NCBI GenBank assembly: GCA_002171615.1
Contig: NHEF01000005.1
Coordinates: 983 to 64,982 of the forward strand
DNA length: 64,000 nucleotides
Reading direction: 5' to 3'
DNA from: Gammaproteobacteria bacterium TMED78
Lineage (GTDB): Bacteria; Pseudomonadota; Gammaproteobacteria; Steroidobacterales; Rariloculaceae
Shown here: positions 28,049-35,739 of the stretch, in pieces
Numbering within the stretch: the first letter of the stretch is position 1
How the letters are laid out: each line of letters starts with the position of its first letter
Made by a program: the position numbers and the translations under genes
Notes under the pieces: generated by a model
What the model saw: the letters and a program-made list of their open reading frames with translations, nothing else
Database searches by the model: none
Told to the model about the DNA's origin: nothing

Positions 28049-29034
28049 TAATTTTTAAGCCAGCTCATTCTTCCTCTGAGTTCTTTGCCTACTATTTCAA
28101 TTTTACTCTTAATATCTTCTTCGAGGAGTCTGTTATATTCAGGTAATCCTGATTCATATTCAGATACCCAGTTATTAGCAAAGGTACCATCTTGAATATC
28201 TTTTAATACCTCCTTCATTTTTTCTCCAGTATGGTCATCTACGACTCGAGGACCTTGAGTTAAGTCTCCATACTTTGCAGTCTCACTAACAAACTCATGC
28301 ATTTTAGCTAGGCCCCCTTCATGAAGCAGGTCAACTATAAGCTTTACTTCATGCATACATTCAAAGTAGGCTACTTCTGGTTGGTATCCAGCCTCAACAA
28401 GAGTACCAAATCCTCTAACTATAAGCTCGGAAAGACCTCCACATAAAACTGCTTGTTCACCAAAAAGATCCGTTTCAGTCTCTTCACCGAATGAAGTATC
28501 TAAGACCCCGCCTCTTGTGCCACCAATACCATGAGCATAGGCTAGTGCTCTTGAGTGAGCATTATTAGTTGCATCCTGAGCAACTGCAATAAGACATGGG
28601 ACTCCTCTTCCTTCTTCATATTGTCTTCTAACTAAATCTCCCGGACCTTTTGGCGCTATAAGAACAACATCTAAATCCCCTCTCGGAGATATCTGTTTAT
28701 AATGAATATTGAAACCATGAGCGAAAAGGATTGTTATATCCTTTTTCAGGCTATCTTTAATTTCGTCATAAAGCTTTGATTGGGCCATATCAGGAACAAG
28801 AAATGCAACGAGTCCAGCATTACTTACTGCATCTTTTGGGCTTAAAACTTCGAATCCATCATTTTGAGCTTTAGCTGAAGTTGCACCACCTGGCCTAAGC
28901 CCAATAACAACATCAAAGCCAGAATCTCTTAGATTCATGGCATGTGCCCTTCCTTGGCTTCCATATCCAAGGACTGCAATTCTTTCACCAGTTAATACTT
29001 CTGGTTTTACGTCAGATTCAACATAGAGTTTCAT
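28048..29034 (-). CDS. ilvC: Ketol-acid reductoisomerase, class I
   Basis: 328 aa with [30 protein letters not shown] and AYFECMHE motifs. Confidence 0.95.
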   Translation of the reverse strand: MKLYVESDVKPEVLTGERIAVLGYGSQGRAHAMNLRDSGFDVVIGLRPGGATSAKAQNDGFEVLSPKDAVSNAGLVAFLVPDMAQSKLYDEIKDSLKKDITILFAHGFNIHYKQISPRGDLDVVLIAPKGPGDLVRRQYEEGRGVPCLIAVAQDATNNAHSRALAYAHGIGGTRGGVLDTSFGEETETDLFGEQAVLCGGLSELIVRGFGTLVEAGYQPEVAYFECMHEVKLIVDLLHEGGLAKMHEFVSETAKYGDLTQGPRVVDDHTGEKMKEVLKDIQDGTFANNWVSEYESGLPEYNRLLEEDIKSKIEIVGKELRGRMSWLKN

Positions 29035-29061
29035 TAAATACTCCTAAAAAATAAAATTTGC

Positions 29062-29098
29062 AAAAAAAAAACCCCGCTTCCGAAGGGTTGCGGGGTTT
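29062..29098 (-). terminator. Intrinsic terminator immediately upstream of ilvC; attenuator candidate
   Basis: The minus-strand RNA is AAACCCCGC-AACCCUUCGGAA-GCGGGGUUU followed by U10. It lies 17 nt after the leader ORF stop and about 28 nt before the ilvC ATG. Confidence 0.7.
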
Positions 29099-29114
29099 AG
29101 CCATTTACATAAAT

Positions 29115-29186
29115 TTAAGACAATAACCCACGACCACTTGTCCTAAGTAATAATGATACAACCAAAGCATAGTGAATCCGAGCCAT
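29115..29186 (-). CDS. Candidate ilv-leu leader peptide, 23 aa: MARIHYALVVSLLLRTSGRGLLS
   Basis: Hand-translated ATG...TAA ORF, too short for the ORF track. It has 6 Leu, 2 Val and 1 Ile, including the run ALVVSLLL. It lies between a promoter-like element and the terminator upstream of ilvC. Confidence 0.55.
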   Translation of the reverse strand: MARIHYALVVSLLLRTSGRGLLS

Positions 29187-29207
29187 ATTTACACCGTTTA
29201 AAATTAC

Positions 29208-29236
29208 ATAATCTTAAAAAGATACCTATATGTCAA
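29208..29236 (-). promoter_or_regulatory. Candidate sigma70 promoter for the leader and ilvC-leuA-ilvE-leuCDB
   Basis: On the minus strand: TTGACA, 17 nt, GATTAT. It sits about 20 nt upstream of the leader ATG. Confidence 0.35.
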
Positions 29237-29576
29237 TGCTTTAGGGTTCGCATTTCAATACAAAAGGTAAGATAGACTACTTCTATTTATAGACTATATT
29301 TATTTATTTTATTAAATAAAGTGTTTATTTAGAAAACTATTACTAGTCAAGTTTCTAGTAACTAATCGAGTTTTTGCGCTATTCTTAGTGAATAGAGCAG
29401 ACTTATTTGTCCTTAATTGATATATACAATAAAGATTCTGATACATTTGTGCTTTAAATTTTAGTTTAATGCTTTTATACTTTGGAATCTTTACGAAATT
29501 AAATACATTTTATTTTTTTCTCTAAGTTATAGACATGAGATTATTTTTTATTTTTTACAGAATTTTAGGAGGAGTC

Positions 29577-30344
29577 ATGGGAGCTAGAAGTTACGCAGCG
29601 CTTATAACTATATTAACATTTTTTTGTTATGGCGTAGTCTTTAGTCAACCAGCAGTAGATCAGATTGTTGCAGCTGAAGCTATACGTATTCAACAAGCAC
29701 AAGAATCACAGGGAACTATTGATGAGGTTGTTAACGAAACACGTCAAGTATTTGAAGAGTATAGAGCCGTAATGAAAGAAGTCGATGGACTCCTTGTTTA
29801 TAACACTTTGCTTGAAAGACAGTTAAGAGATCAGGAACAAACACTTGCAAATTTAAGAGAATCTATTGATAGCGTTCAAGAAATTGAAAGGCAGATATTG
29901 CCTTTGCTGGATAGAATGATCGAGGGGCTGGAAAGATTTGTTTCTGCAGACGTTCCTTTCCTTTCCCAAGAGAGGTCTGAGAGAGTAGTTAATCTGAGAA
30001 ATTTACTTGAAAGAGCAGATGTTACAGCTTCTGAAAAGTTTAGAGTTGTTATGGAGGCTTGGCAAATTGAGAATGACTATGGAAGGACTATCTATTCTTA
30101 TACAGGTGAGTTAGAAATAGAAGGAAATCTCAGAGAGGTGGACTTTTTACAAATAGGAAGAGTTGCTCTAATCTATCAAACACCTGATGGTCAAAACTCT
30201 GGTGTTTGGAATCAGGCTACAAGGCAGTGGCTTCCAGTCGGAAGTGGATTTAGAAATCAAATTAGACAAGGCTTAAGACTTGCTCGTAACCAAGTTGGAC
30301 CTTCCTTGCTGTTACTTCCAATTATAGCTCCGGAGGAAGGATAA
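29577..30344 (+). CDS. DUF3450-type periplasmic coiled-coil protein (TtpB-like), first gene of a TonB2-type cluster
   Basis: The ATG at 29577 is preceded by AGGAGGAG (the ORF-track start at 29535 has no RBS). It has a signal peptide and coiled-coil character, and sits upstream of the long MotA/TolQ/ExbB protein. Confidence 0.65.
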   Translation: MGARSYAALITILTFFCYGVVFSQPAVDQIVAAEAIRIQQAQESQGTIDEVVNETRQVFEEYRAVMKEVDGLLVYNTLLERQLRDQEQTLANLRESIDSVQEIERQILPLLDRMIEGLERFVSADVPFLSQERSERVVNLRNLLERADVTASEKFRVVMEAWQIENDYGRTIYSYTGELEIEGNLREVDFLQIGRVALIYQTPDGQNSGVWNQATRQWLPVGSGFRNQIRQGLRLARNQVGPSLLLLPIIAPEEG

Positions 30345-31714
30345 TGAATAAATTTATACTTAGTTTAATTTTATCAATTTCATTTAGTGGATTAGCTATA
30401 TCTCAATCCGATGATGGCGTTCTATCACTTGATGATTTATTACAGCTAGTTGAACAAGGTAGGGCATCAGATAATGCTTCTGAAAATGAAAGGATAGAGC
30501 GTTTTCAGTCTGCTCAAGCCGACCAAGAGGGATTACTCCAGGATGGGATAAGCCAAAGAGCTTCAGAAGAAAGAAGAAGTGGCGTGCTAGAGACTAATTT
30601 TGAAGAAAATGAATTATTAATATCAGATGTTCAAGAGCAACTTGATACTAGACTTGGTTCGCTTAGAGAGCTATTTGGTGTATTACAGCAAGTTGCTGGT
30701 GATGCTAGGTCTCAATTTGATAACTCTTTCACCAACGTTGAATATCCAGGTCGTTCTGAGTTTTTAACAGAGCTTGCCGCTAAGATGGGATCGAGTGATC
30801 AATTAGCCACAATTGAGGAAATAGAGCGTCTTTGGTTTGAGCTTCAGCGTGAAGCAACAGAGCAAGGAAAGGTTAAGCTAATTCCAGACTTTAGAGTAAT
30901 AACAGAAAATGGTGAAGAAAGCTTTGAAGATATAGTTAGAATTGGAACTTTTAATGTAGTAGCGGATGGTAGATATTTATCTCATAACCCAGATACAAAT
31001 ACATTATCCGAACTTCAAAGACAGCCTGAGCAAGGAAGGTTTACTGGAAGTACTAGCGATATAGTTAGAGCTGATTCTGGCAGTGGTGTAGTAAGCTTTG
31101 GCCTAGATCCAACTAGTGGCGTGTTACTTTCTGCATTAGTAGAGACTCCTAATTTAGTAGAGAGGATTGGACAAGGTGGAATTGTTGGGTATGTTATTAT
31201 TTCTTTGGGGTTATTAGGCCTGCTTCTATCACTAGAAAGGCTGTTTTCATTAACTATGGCTGGTAGAAGAGTAAAGGCTCAGTTAAAGCAGAGCACGCCA
31301 TCTGATGATAATGCTTTAGGAAGGGTTCTTATGGTTTATGATACCAATAAGAGTGCTGATACTGAAACGTTAGAGCTCAAGCTAGGAGAAGCTATTTTAA
31401 AAGAAACGCCAGCTTTACAACGTGGCATCCTGTTTATTAAGGTTATTTCGGTAGTAGCTCCTTTAATGGGCCTTCTAGGTACAGTTACAGGAATGATAAA
31501 TACTTTCCAAGCTATTACTTTGTTTGGAACAGGTGATCCAAAGACAATGGCAGGAGGTATTTCTCAAGCGCTGGTTACAACAGTATTAGGCCTGACTGTT
31601 GCTATACCAACAGTTCTGCTCCACACTTTAGTCAGCGGTAGAAGTAAGAGTATTACTCAAATACTTCAAGAGCAGAGTGCTGGACTTGTTGCAGAGCAAT
31701 CGGAGAAATCTTAG
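30344..31714 (+). CDS. Long MotA/TolQ/ExbB-family proton-channel protein (TtpC-like)
   Basis: 456 aa with a large N-terminal periplasmic domain. The C-terminal ExbB core contains LMGLLGTVTGMINTFQAI and GISQALVTTVLGL. Confidence 0.75.
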   Translation: MNKFILSLILSISFSGLAISQSDDGVLSLDDLLQLVEQGRASDNASENERIERFQSAQADQEGLLQDGISQRASEERRSGVLETNFEENELLISDVQEQLDTRLGSLRELFGVLQQVAGDARSQFDNSFTNVEYPGRSEFLTELAAKMGSSDQLATIEEIERLWFELQREATEQGKVKLIPDFRVITENGEESFEDIVRIGTFNVVADGRYLSHNPDTNTLSELQRQPEQGRFTGSTSDIVRADSGSGVVSFGLDPTSGVLLSALVETPNLVERIGQGGIVGYVIISLGLLGLLLSLERLFSLTMAGRRVKAQLKQSTPSDDNALGRVLMVYDTNKSADTETLELKLGEAILKETPALQRGILFIKVISVVAPLMGLLGTVTGMINTFQAITLFGTGDPKTMAGGISQALVTTVLGLTVAIPTVLLHTLVSGRSKSITQILQEQSAGLVAEQSEKS

Positions 31715-31784
31715 GTATTATAGTTTTGAGGGGATTGAGTATTGGAAAATCCCCACAATTCTTTTGAATAGAGGTATTTAGACT

Positions 31785-32306
31785 ATGTTTTTAATTGATG
31801 CTTGGGAAGCTATTAGAGATTTCTTAGAACTCGGAGGCCCTATTCTTCGAGTGATAGGCATTAATATTTTTTTTCTCTGGGTGTTTATCCTTGAGCGGCT
31901 AATATATTATAGAACTGGAATGATTGATCTTGTGAATGATTCAATTGATGAGTGGAATAGTAGGAGTGATAAGTCTTCATGGAATGCCATTCAGATTAGA
32001 GAGTCTCTAATATCTAAAGCTAAAATAGCAGCAGATAAAAGCTTACCAATGATACAGACTCTTGTTGCTCTTTGCCCGCTTTTAGGCTTGATGGGAACTG
32101 TGACTGGTATGATTCAAGTTTTTGAAGTTATGGCAATGTCAGGAACAAGCAATGCTCGAGCAATGGCAGCTGGTGTTTCTAGGGCAACGATTCCAACAAT
32201 GGCAGGTATGGTTGGAGCTCTTTCTGGAGTATTTTTTGTGACCATCCTAACAAGAGCTTCAAAGCGTTATTCTTCTGATTTAGAAGAAAATTTGTTGAGA
32301 GGCTAA
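31785..32306 (+). CDS. exbB: ExbB/TolQ-family proton-channel protein
   Basis: 173 aa with LLGLMGTVTGMIQVFEVM and GVSRATIPTMAGM motifs. Confidence 0.8.
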   Translation: MFLIDAWEAIRDFLELGGPILRVIGINIFFLWVFILERLIYYRTGMIDLVNDSIDEWNSRSDKSSWNAIQIRESLISKAKIAADKSLPMIQTLVALCPLLGLMGTVTGMIQVFEVMAMSGTSNARAMAAGVSRATIPTMAGMVGALSGVFFVTILTRASKRYSSDLEENLLRG

Positions 32307-32312
32307 CTATAT

Positions 32313-32723
32313 ATGAGAAAGCATATTGCAAATCTTAAGAGCGAAGAAGATGAGAATGAAATAAATCTAACTCCAATGTTAGATGTTGTTTTTATAATGC
32401 TTATTTTTTTTATTGTTACTGCCTCTTTCATAAGAGAATCAGGCTTAGACGTAAATAGACCAGATCAAAATGAAGCGCAGGTTGTTCAGGAGGAGGGGGC
32501 CATACTGGTTGTAATTGACTCTACTGATGATATCTGGATAGATAACAGAGTTGTAGACGTAAGGGCAGTAAGAGCTAATGTAGAGAGATTACATGCTGAA
32601 GACCCTGAGAGACCAGTAGTTGTTCAAGCAGCTAAAGCTTCAAGTGCAGAGTTATTAGTTTCTGTGATGGACGCAGCAAGGCAAGCAGATATATATGATA
32701 TTTCAATCGCTGCAGGAGATTAG
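32313..32723 (+). CDS. exbD: ExbD/TolR-family protein, copy 1
   Basis: EINLTPMLDVVFIMLIFFIV is the canonical ExbD transmembrane helix with the conserved Asp. The rest is a periplasmic domain. Confidence 0.85.
   Translation: MRKHIANLKSEEDENEINLTPMLDVVFIMLIFFIVTASFIRESGLDVNRPDQNEAQVVQEEGAILVVIDSTDDIWIDNRVVDVRAVRANVERLHAEDPERPVVVQAAKASSAELLVSVMDAARQADIYDISIAAGD
32357..32422 (+). repeat. 66-nt tract identical to 32774..32839 (exbD copy 1, transmembrane-helix region)
   Basis: Direct comparison: tgaaataaatctaactccaatgttagatgttgtttttataatgcttattttttttattgttactgc is present in both genes. Confidence 0.95.
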
Positions 32724-32729
32724 AATAAT

Positions 32730-33140
32730 ATGAGAGAATCAGTTCTTGAACAGTTACAGCAAGATGAGGAAGCTGAAATAAATCTAACTCCAATGTTAGA
32801 TGTTGTTTTTATAATGCTTATTTTTTTTATTGTTACTGCTGTTTTTGTTAAAGAGCCAGGAGTTGAGATTTCTAGGCCTGATGCATTAACGGCATTTGTT
32901 CCAGAAAAGGGTAGTATTTTTATAGCAGTAACAGCAGCTAATGAGATTTGGGTTGATAAGAGAAGTGTAGGGCCTGAAGGCGTTAGGGGTGCAATTGAGA
33001 GACTCCATTCAGAGAATCCCGAGGGTGGAGTGATCATTCAGGCTGATAGAGAGGCTGCTAATGAATTTGTTATTAATGTGATGGATGCTGCTAAAGCCGC
33101 TGGAGTTAGTGAGATAACTATAGCTGCAGCTGCTCCTTAA
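32730..33140 (+). CDS. exbD: ExbD/TolR-family protein, copy 2
   Basis: Same transmembrane helix as copy 1 but a diverged periplasmic domain. Confidence 0.85.
   Translation: MRESVLEQLQQDEEAEINLTPMLDVVFIMLIFFIVTAVFVKEPGVEISRPDALTAFVPEKGSIFIAVTAANEIWVDKRSVGPEGVRGAIERLHSENPEGGVIIQADREAANEFVINVMDAAKAAGVSEITIAAAAP
32774..32839 (+). repeat. 66-nt tract identical to 32357..32422 (exbD copy 2, transmembrane-helix region)
   Basis: Same as the partner repeat. The flanking sequence of the two genes is clearly diverged. Confidence 0.95.
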
Positions 33141-33169
33141 TTAAGTTTATATATTCGGAGGTCAATATA

Positions 33170-33763
33170 ATGAAAAGATATGGTTTTTCGATTTTATTGG
33201 GTACAGCGATAACTTTCGCATTACTTTTTATAATGCAGTTATTAATAGCTACTGGAAGAGGTGCTTTGACAGAGGCCTCAACATTTAGAATTGCTGACTT
33301 TGTTAGAGTAGAGAGAAATGAGGTTATTGAAACTAAGGAAAATAAGCCAGAGAAGCCTCCAGAACCAGAAATTCCACCAGAAATTCCAGCTCCTTCAGCT
33401 GATAATTTTGATAACTCAATGTCTGTTTCAATGAGTGCACCAAATATGAGTGCAAATATGAATATGGGAGGAGTCGGATTTGGTATTAGTGATGGCGAGT
33501 ATCTTCCGATTGTCAAAGTTGCGCCTGTTTATCCTTCAAGGGCTCTTTCAAGAGGCTTAGAGGGTTTTGTGATAGTTGAATTTACAGTTACTCGAAGCGG
33601 AACAACAAAAGATGCTTTTGTAGTAGAATCTACAAGTAGCTTGTTTGAGAGAGCGGCAGTAGAAGCAGCGTTGAAGTTTAAGTATAAACCAAGAGTAATT
33701 GATGGCGAGGCAGTAGAGGTTCCTGGTGTGAGGAATAGAATTAGTTTCGAGATTTCAGATTAA
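33170..33763 (+). CDS. tonB: TonB energy-transducer protein
   Basis: N-terminal transmembrane helix, Pro/Glu-rich spacer (KPEKPPEPEIPPEIPAP) and a C-terminal TonB domain (YPSRALSRGLEGFVIVEFTV...ALKFKYKP). Confidence 0.85.
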   Translation: MKRYGFSILLGTAITFALLFIMQLLIATGRGALTEASTFRIADFVRVERNEVIETKENKPEKPPEPEIPPEIPAPSADNFDNSMSVSMSAPNMSANMNMGGVGFGISDGEYLPIVKVAPVYPSRALSRGLEGFVIVEFTVTRSGTTKDAFVVESTSSLFERAAVEAALKFKYKPRVIDGEAVEVPGVRNRISFEISD

Positions 33764-33781
33764 TTTATATTAGGAGTAACT

Positions 33782-35239
33782 ATGTATTCAGTTGTCAAAA
33801 TTATCCTTTTTTCACTTTTACCAGTTTTGTTTTATCCTCAGTTAGTAGTTGCTCAGGAAGGAATGGGTATGGGTATGGGAGCTGCTGAACAGAGAACTAG
33901 GCGAACTCCTGCTATGAGACAAAGGATATATGAAACTCTTTCTGAAGCTCAAGAACTAATGGAGATGGATGAAACTGAATCAGCTTTAGAGGTAATGTCA
34001 GAGCTTCGCCAAAGAGATGATCTTAATAGCTATGAAGTTGCTCAAATGTGGAACTTTTATGCTTTTATTTATTTTGCAGAAGATAATTTTCCAGAAGTAA
34101 TTCGTGCATATGAAATGGTTTTAGCACAGCCTGATTTACCATTAGGAATGGAAACAACAACTCGTTACACGCTATGTCAGTTATTTTTTCAACGAGAAGA
34201 ATATGAGCGTTCAATGCAAATGCTTGATTCATGGTTTGCGCTAGAGGCTACACCTGGACCAGATGCATATGTTTTGAAAGCACAGCTATTTTATCAAATG
34301 GAGCAGTGGAGAAATGGAATTGAACCAGTTGACACTGCTATATCGATAGCCAAAAGACAAACAGCAGAGAAGTTTATTAGAGATAACGAAGCCATTAGGA
34401 TAGAAAATGAGAGACGTAGAGATGTTAATGCTGATGGTGGTGAACTGGTAAATGAAGAGACCGGCGAAAGGACTATTCTAGAAATGCTTAGCGAGATTGA
34501 GTCTGCTGAAAGCATGTGGCCGGTTGAATTAAATGAAAACTGGTATAGACTTTTAAATGTTTTTTATTATGAGCTTGATGAGTACGATAGCGTTATAACT
34601 GTTCTTAGGACAATGATTGAGTTATGGCCTAAGAGGGATTATTTTGTGCAACTATCAGGTATTTATGGGCAAGAAGGTAATGACGAAGCTCAGCTTTCTC
34701 TTTATCAGACAGCATATGAGGCTGGATGGCTTGAAAGAGGGACGGAGTTAGTTACACTTTCTCAGTTGTTGTTGGGCGCAGGAATTCCTATACAGTCTGC
34801 CTATATTATGGAAGAAGGGTTAAACTCCGAAGTTATTGAATCTACAGAAGCAAATTGGAGAGTACTCTCTCAAGCTTGGCAATTAGCTCAAGAAAACGAA
34901 AAAGCTATTCCTGCATTAAGCACAGCAGCTAATCTTTCAGATAATGGAGAGCTTGATATCAGATTAGCACAGGCTCATCAAAATTTATTACAATGGGATG
35001 ATTGTATTGAGTCTGCTAGAACTGGCTTAAGAAAGGGTGATTTAAGAAGAGAAGACCAGGGCAATATGATTTTAGGAGCTTGTTTATTTGAAATAAGTGA
35101 ATTTGATGCTTCTAGAACCGCATTTACCAGAGCAAGTCAAGACACAAGAAGTAGAACAAATGCAGAGAGTTGGATTCAGTATGTTAATGCTGAGGAAGAT
35201 AGAGAGCTTCAGTTGCAAGCAGCCATGGCAGACCTCTAG
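33782..35239 (+). CDS. Periplasmic TPR-repeat protein (TtpD-like), last gene of the TonB2-type cluster
   Basis: Signal peptide and multiple TPR-like helical repeats. Positioned after tonB as in Vibrio TonB2 clusters. Confidence 0.65.
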   Translation: MYSVVKIILFSLLPVLFYPQLVVAQEGMGMGMGAAEQRTRRTPAMRQRIYETLSEAQELMEMDETESALEVMSELRQRDDLNSYEVAQMWNFYAFIYFAEDNFPEVIRAYEMVLAQPDLPLGMETTTRYTLCQLFFQREEYERSMQMLDSWFALEATPGPDAYVLKAQLFYQMEQWRNGIEPVDTAISIAKRQTAEKFIRDNEAIRIENERRRDVNADGGELVNEETGERTILEMLSEIESAESMWPVELNENWYRLLNVFYYELDEYDSVITVLRTMIELWPKRDYFVQLSGIYGQEGNDEAQLSLYQTAYEAGWLERGTELVTLSQLLLGAGIPIQSAYIMEEGLNSEVIESTEANWRVLSQAWQLAQENEKAIPALSTAANLSDNGELDIRLAQAHQNLLQWDDCIESARTGLRKGDLRREDQGNMILGACLFEISEFDASRTAFTRASQDTRSRTNAESWIQYVNAEEDRELQLQAAMADL

Positions 35240-35628
35240 AGATCCTCTAATATTTCTCCAATATTAACTGATTCACCATTTTCTCTACTAATAGCTCTAA
35301 TCCTCATTGATCTAGCTCCATTTCGAGGGATTGCTCCGGTTATGTTTAGGACTTCACCATTTAGTAAGGTATTTTTAGACCAACCTCCTCTAGAGAGCTT
35401 ATTCGGCGCAGTCAATTCACCTTGCCAGCTATCTATTGCTCCATCGTTATTTATAACGTCAAAATAAACCTGAACATGGGGATTAACAAATCTAAAATTA
35501 GTAACTATACCGGTTAAGGTTATATTTTCTTGCGAGTAGGCAGCAAAACCATGGTGTGATAATGCAATATTCGATAGGTTAAAATTAAGTAAGAATAGAA
35601 TAAAAATTAAAATAGAGTTTCTTAACAT
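35236..35628 (-). CDS. Small secreted protein of unknown function; mature N-terminus begins with His-His
   Basis: Signal peptide ...NIALS followed by HHGFAAYS. It is beta-rich and about 110 aa when mature. Its stop codon overlaps the stop of the convergent TPR gene. Confidence 0.6.
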   Translation of the reverse strand: MLRNSILIFILFLLNFNLSNIALSHHGFAAYSQENITLTGIVTNFRFVNPHVQVYFDVINNDGAIDSWQGELTAPNKLSRGGWSKNTLLNGEVLNITGAIPRNGARSMRIRAISRENGESVNIGEILEDL

Positions 35629-35739
35629 ATTTTCTCCTAATACAGTTATTAAATAACAATGATATTATTACTTATTTCATGTTAGATTACTTAATAATTT
35701 TTTAATTTTTTGAAATGTTAGGCTATATAGGTAAATATT

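Noticed and set aside
27534-28058. 174-aa plus-strand ORF antisense to leuA. Similar antisense ORFs occur at 2084-2281, 8082-8468, 9237-9434, 14719-14994, 18130-18426, 21485-22048, 23210-23566, 26667-26996, 32720-33037, 33118-33516, 45597-45881 and 53159-53449.
   Set aside because: All lie entirely inside well-supported conserved genes on the opposite strand. They have low-complexity Ser/Leu/Ile-rich translations and no RBS or recognisable motifs. These are typical shadow ORFs.
29140-29160. TAATAATGATA, resembling part of a Fur box, between ilvC and the TonB cluster
   Set aside because: It matches only about half of the 19-bp Fur consensus. It lies inside the leader-peptide ORF on the other strand and is more than 400 nt from the TonB-cluster start.
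29341-29398. Two short inverted repeats upstream of the TonB cluster: TACTAG-N8-CTAGTA at 29341-29360 and GCGCTATTC-TTAGT-GAATAGAGC at 29376-29398. They could be operators or hairpins.
   Set aside because: Arms of 6-9 bp in a 500-bp AT-rich intergenic region are expected fairly often by chance. No T-run follows them, and they match no regulator consensus I recognise. They are worth a look only if conserved in relatives.
33848-33880. GGAATGGGTATGGGTATGGGA micro-repeat encoding MGMGMG just after the signal peptide of the TPR protein
   Set aside because: Only three short repeat units lie within a coding region. This is probably a flexible linker, with no evidence for phase variation or any other function.
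29535-35239. The TonB2-type cluster looked GC-richer, with fewer Asn/Lys/Ile residues, than neighbouring accessory genes. This suggested horizontal acquisition.
   Set aside because: Spot counts gave about 37% GC here. That is similar to conserved housekeeping genes in the window (about 38% in ilvC, higher in parts of ilvD). Only the poorly conserved genes (addAB-like, gsp) are at 25-32%. No flanking repeats, tRNA junction or integrase are present. A claim would need a proper sliding-window GC or tetranucleotide analysis.
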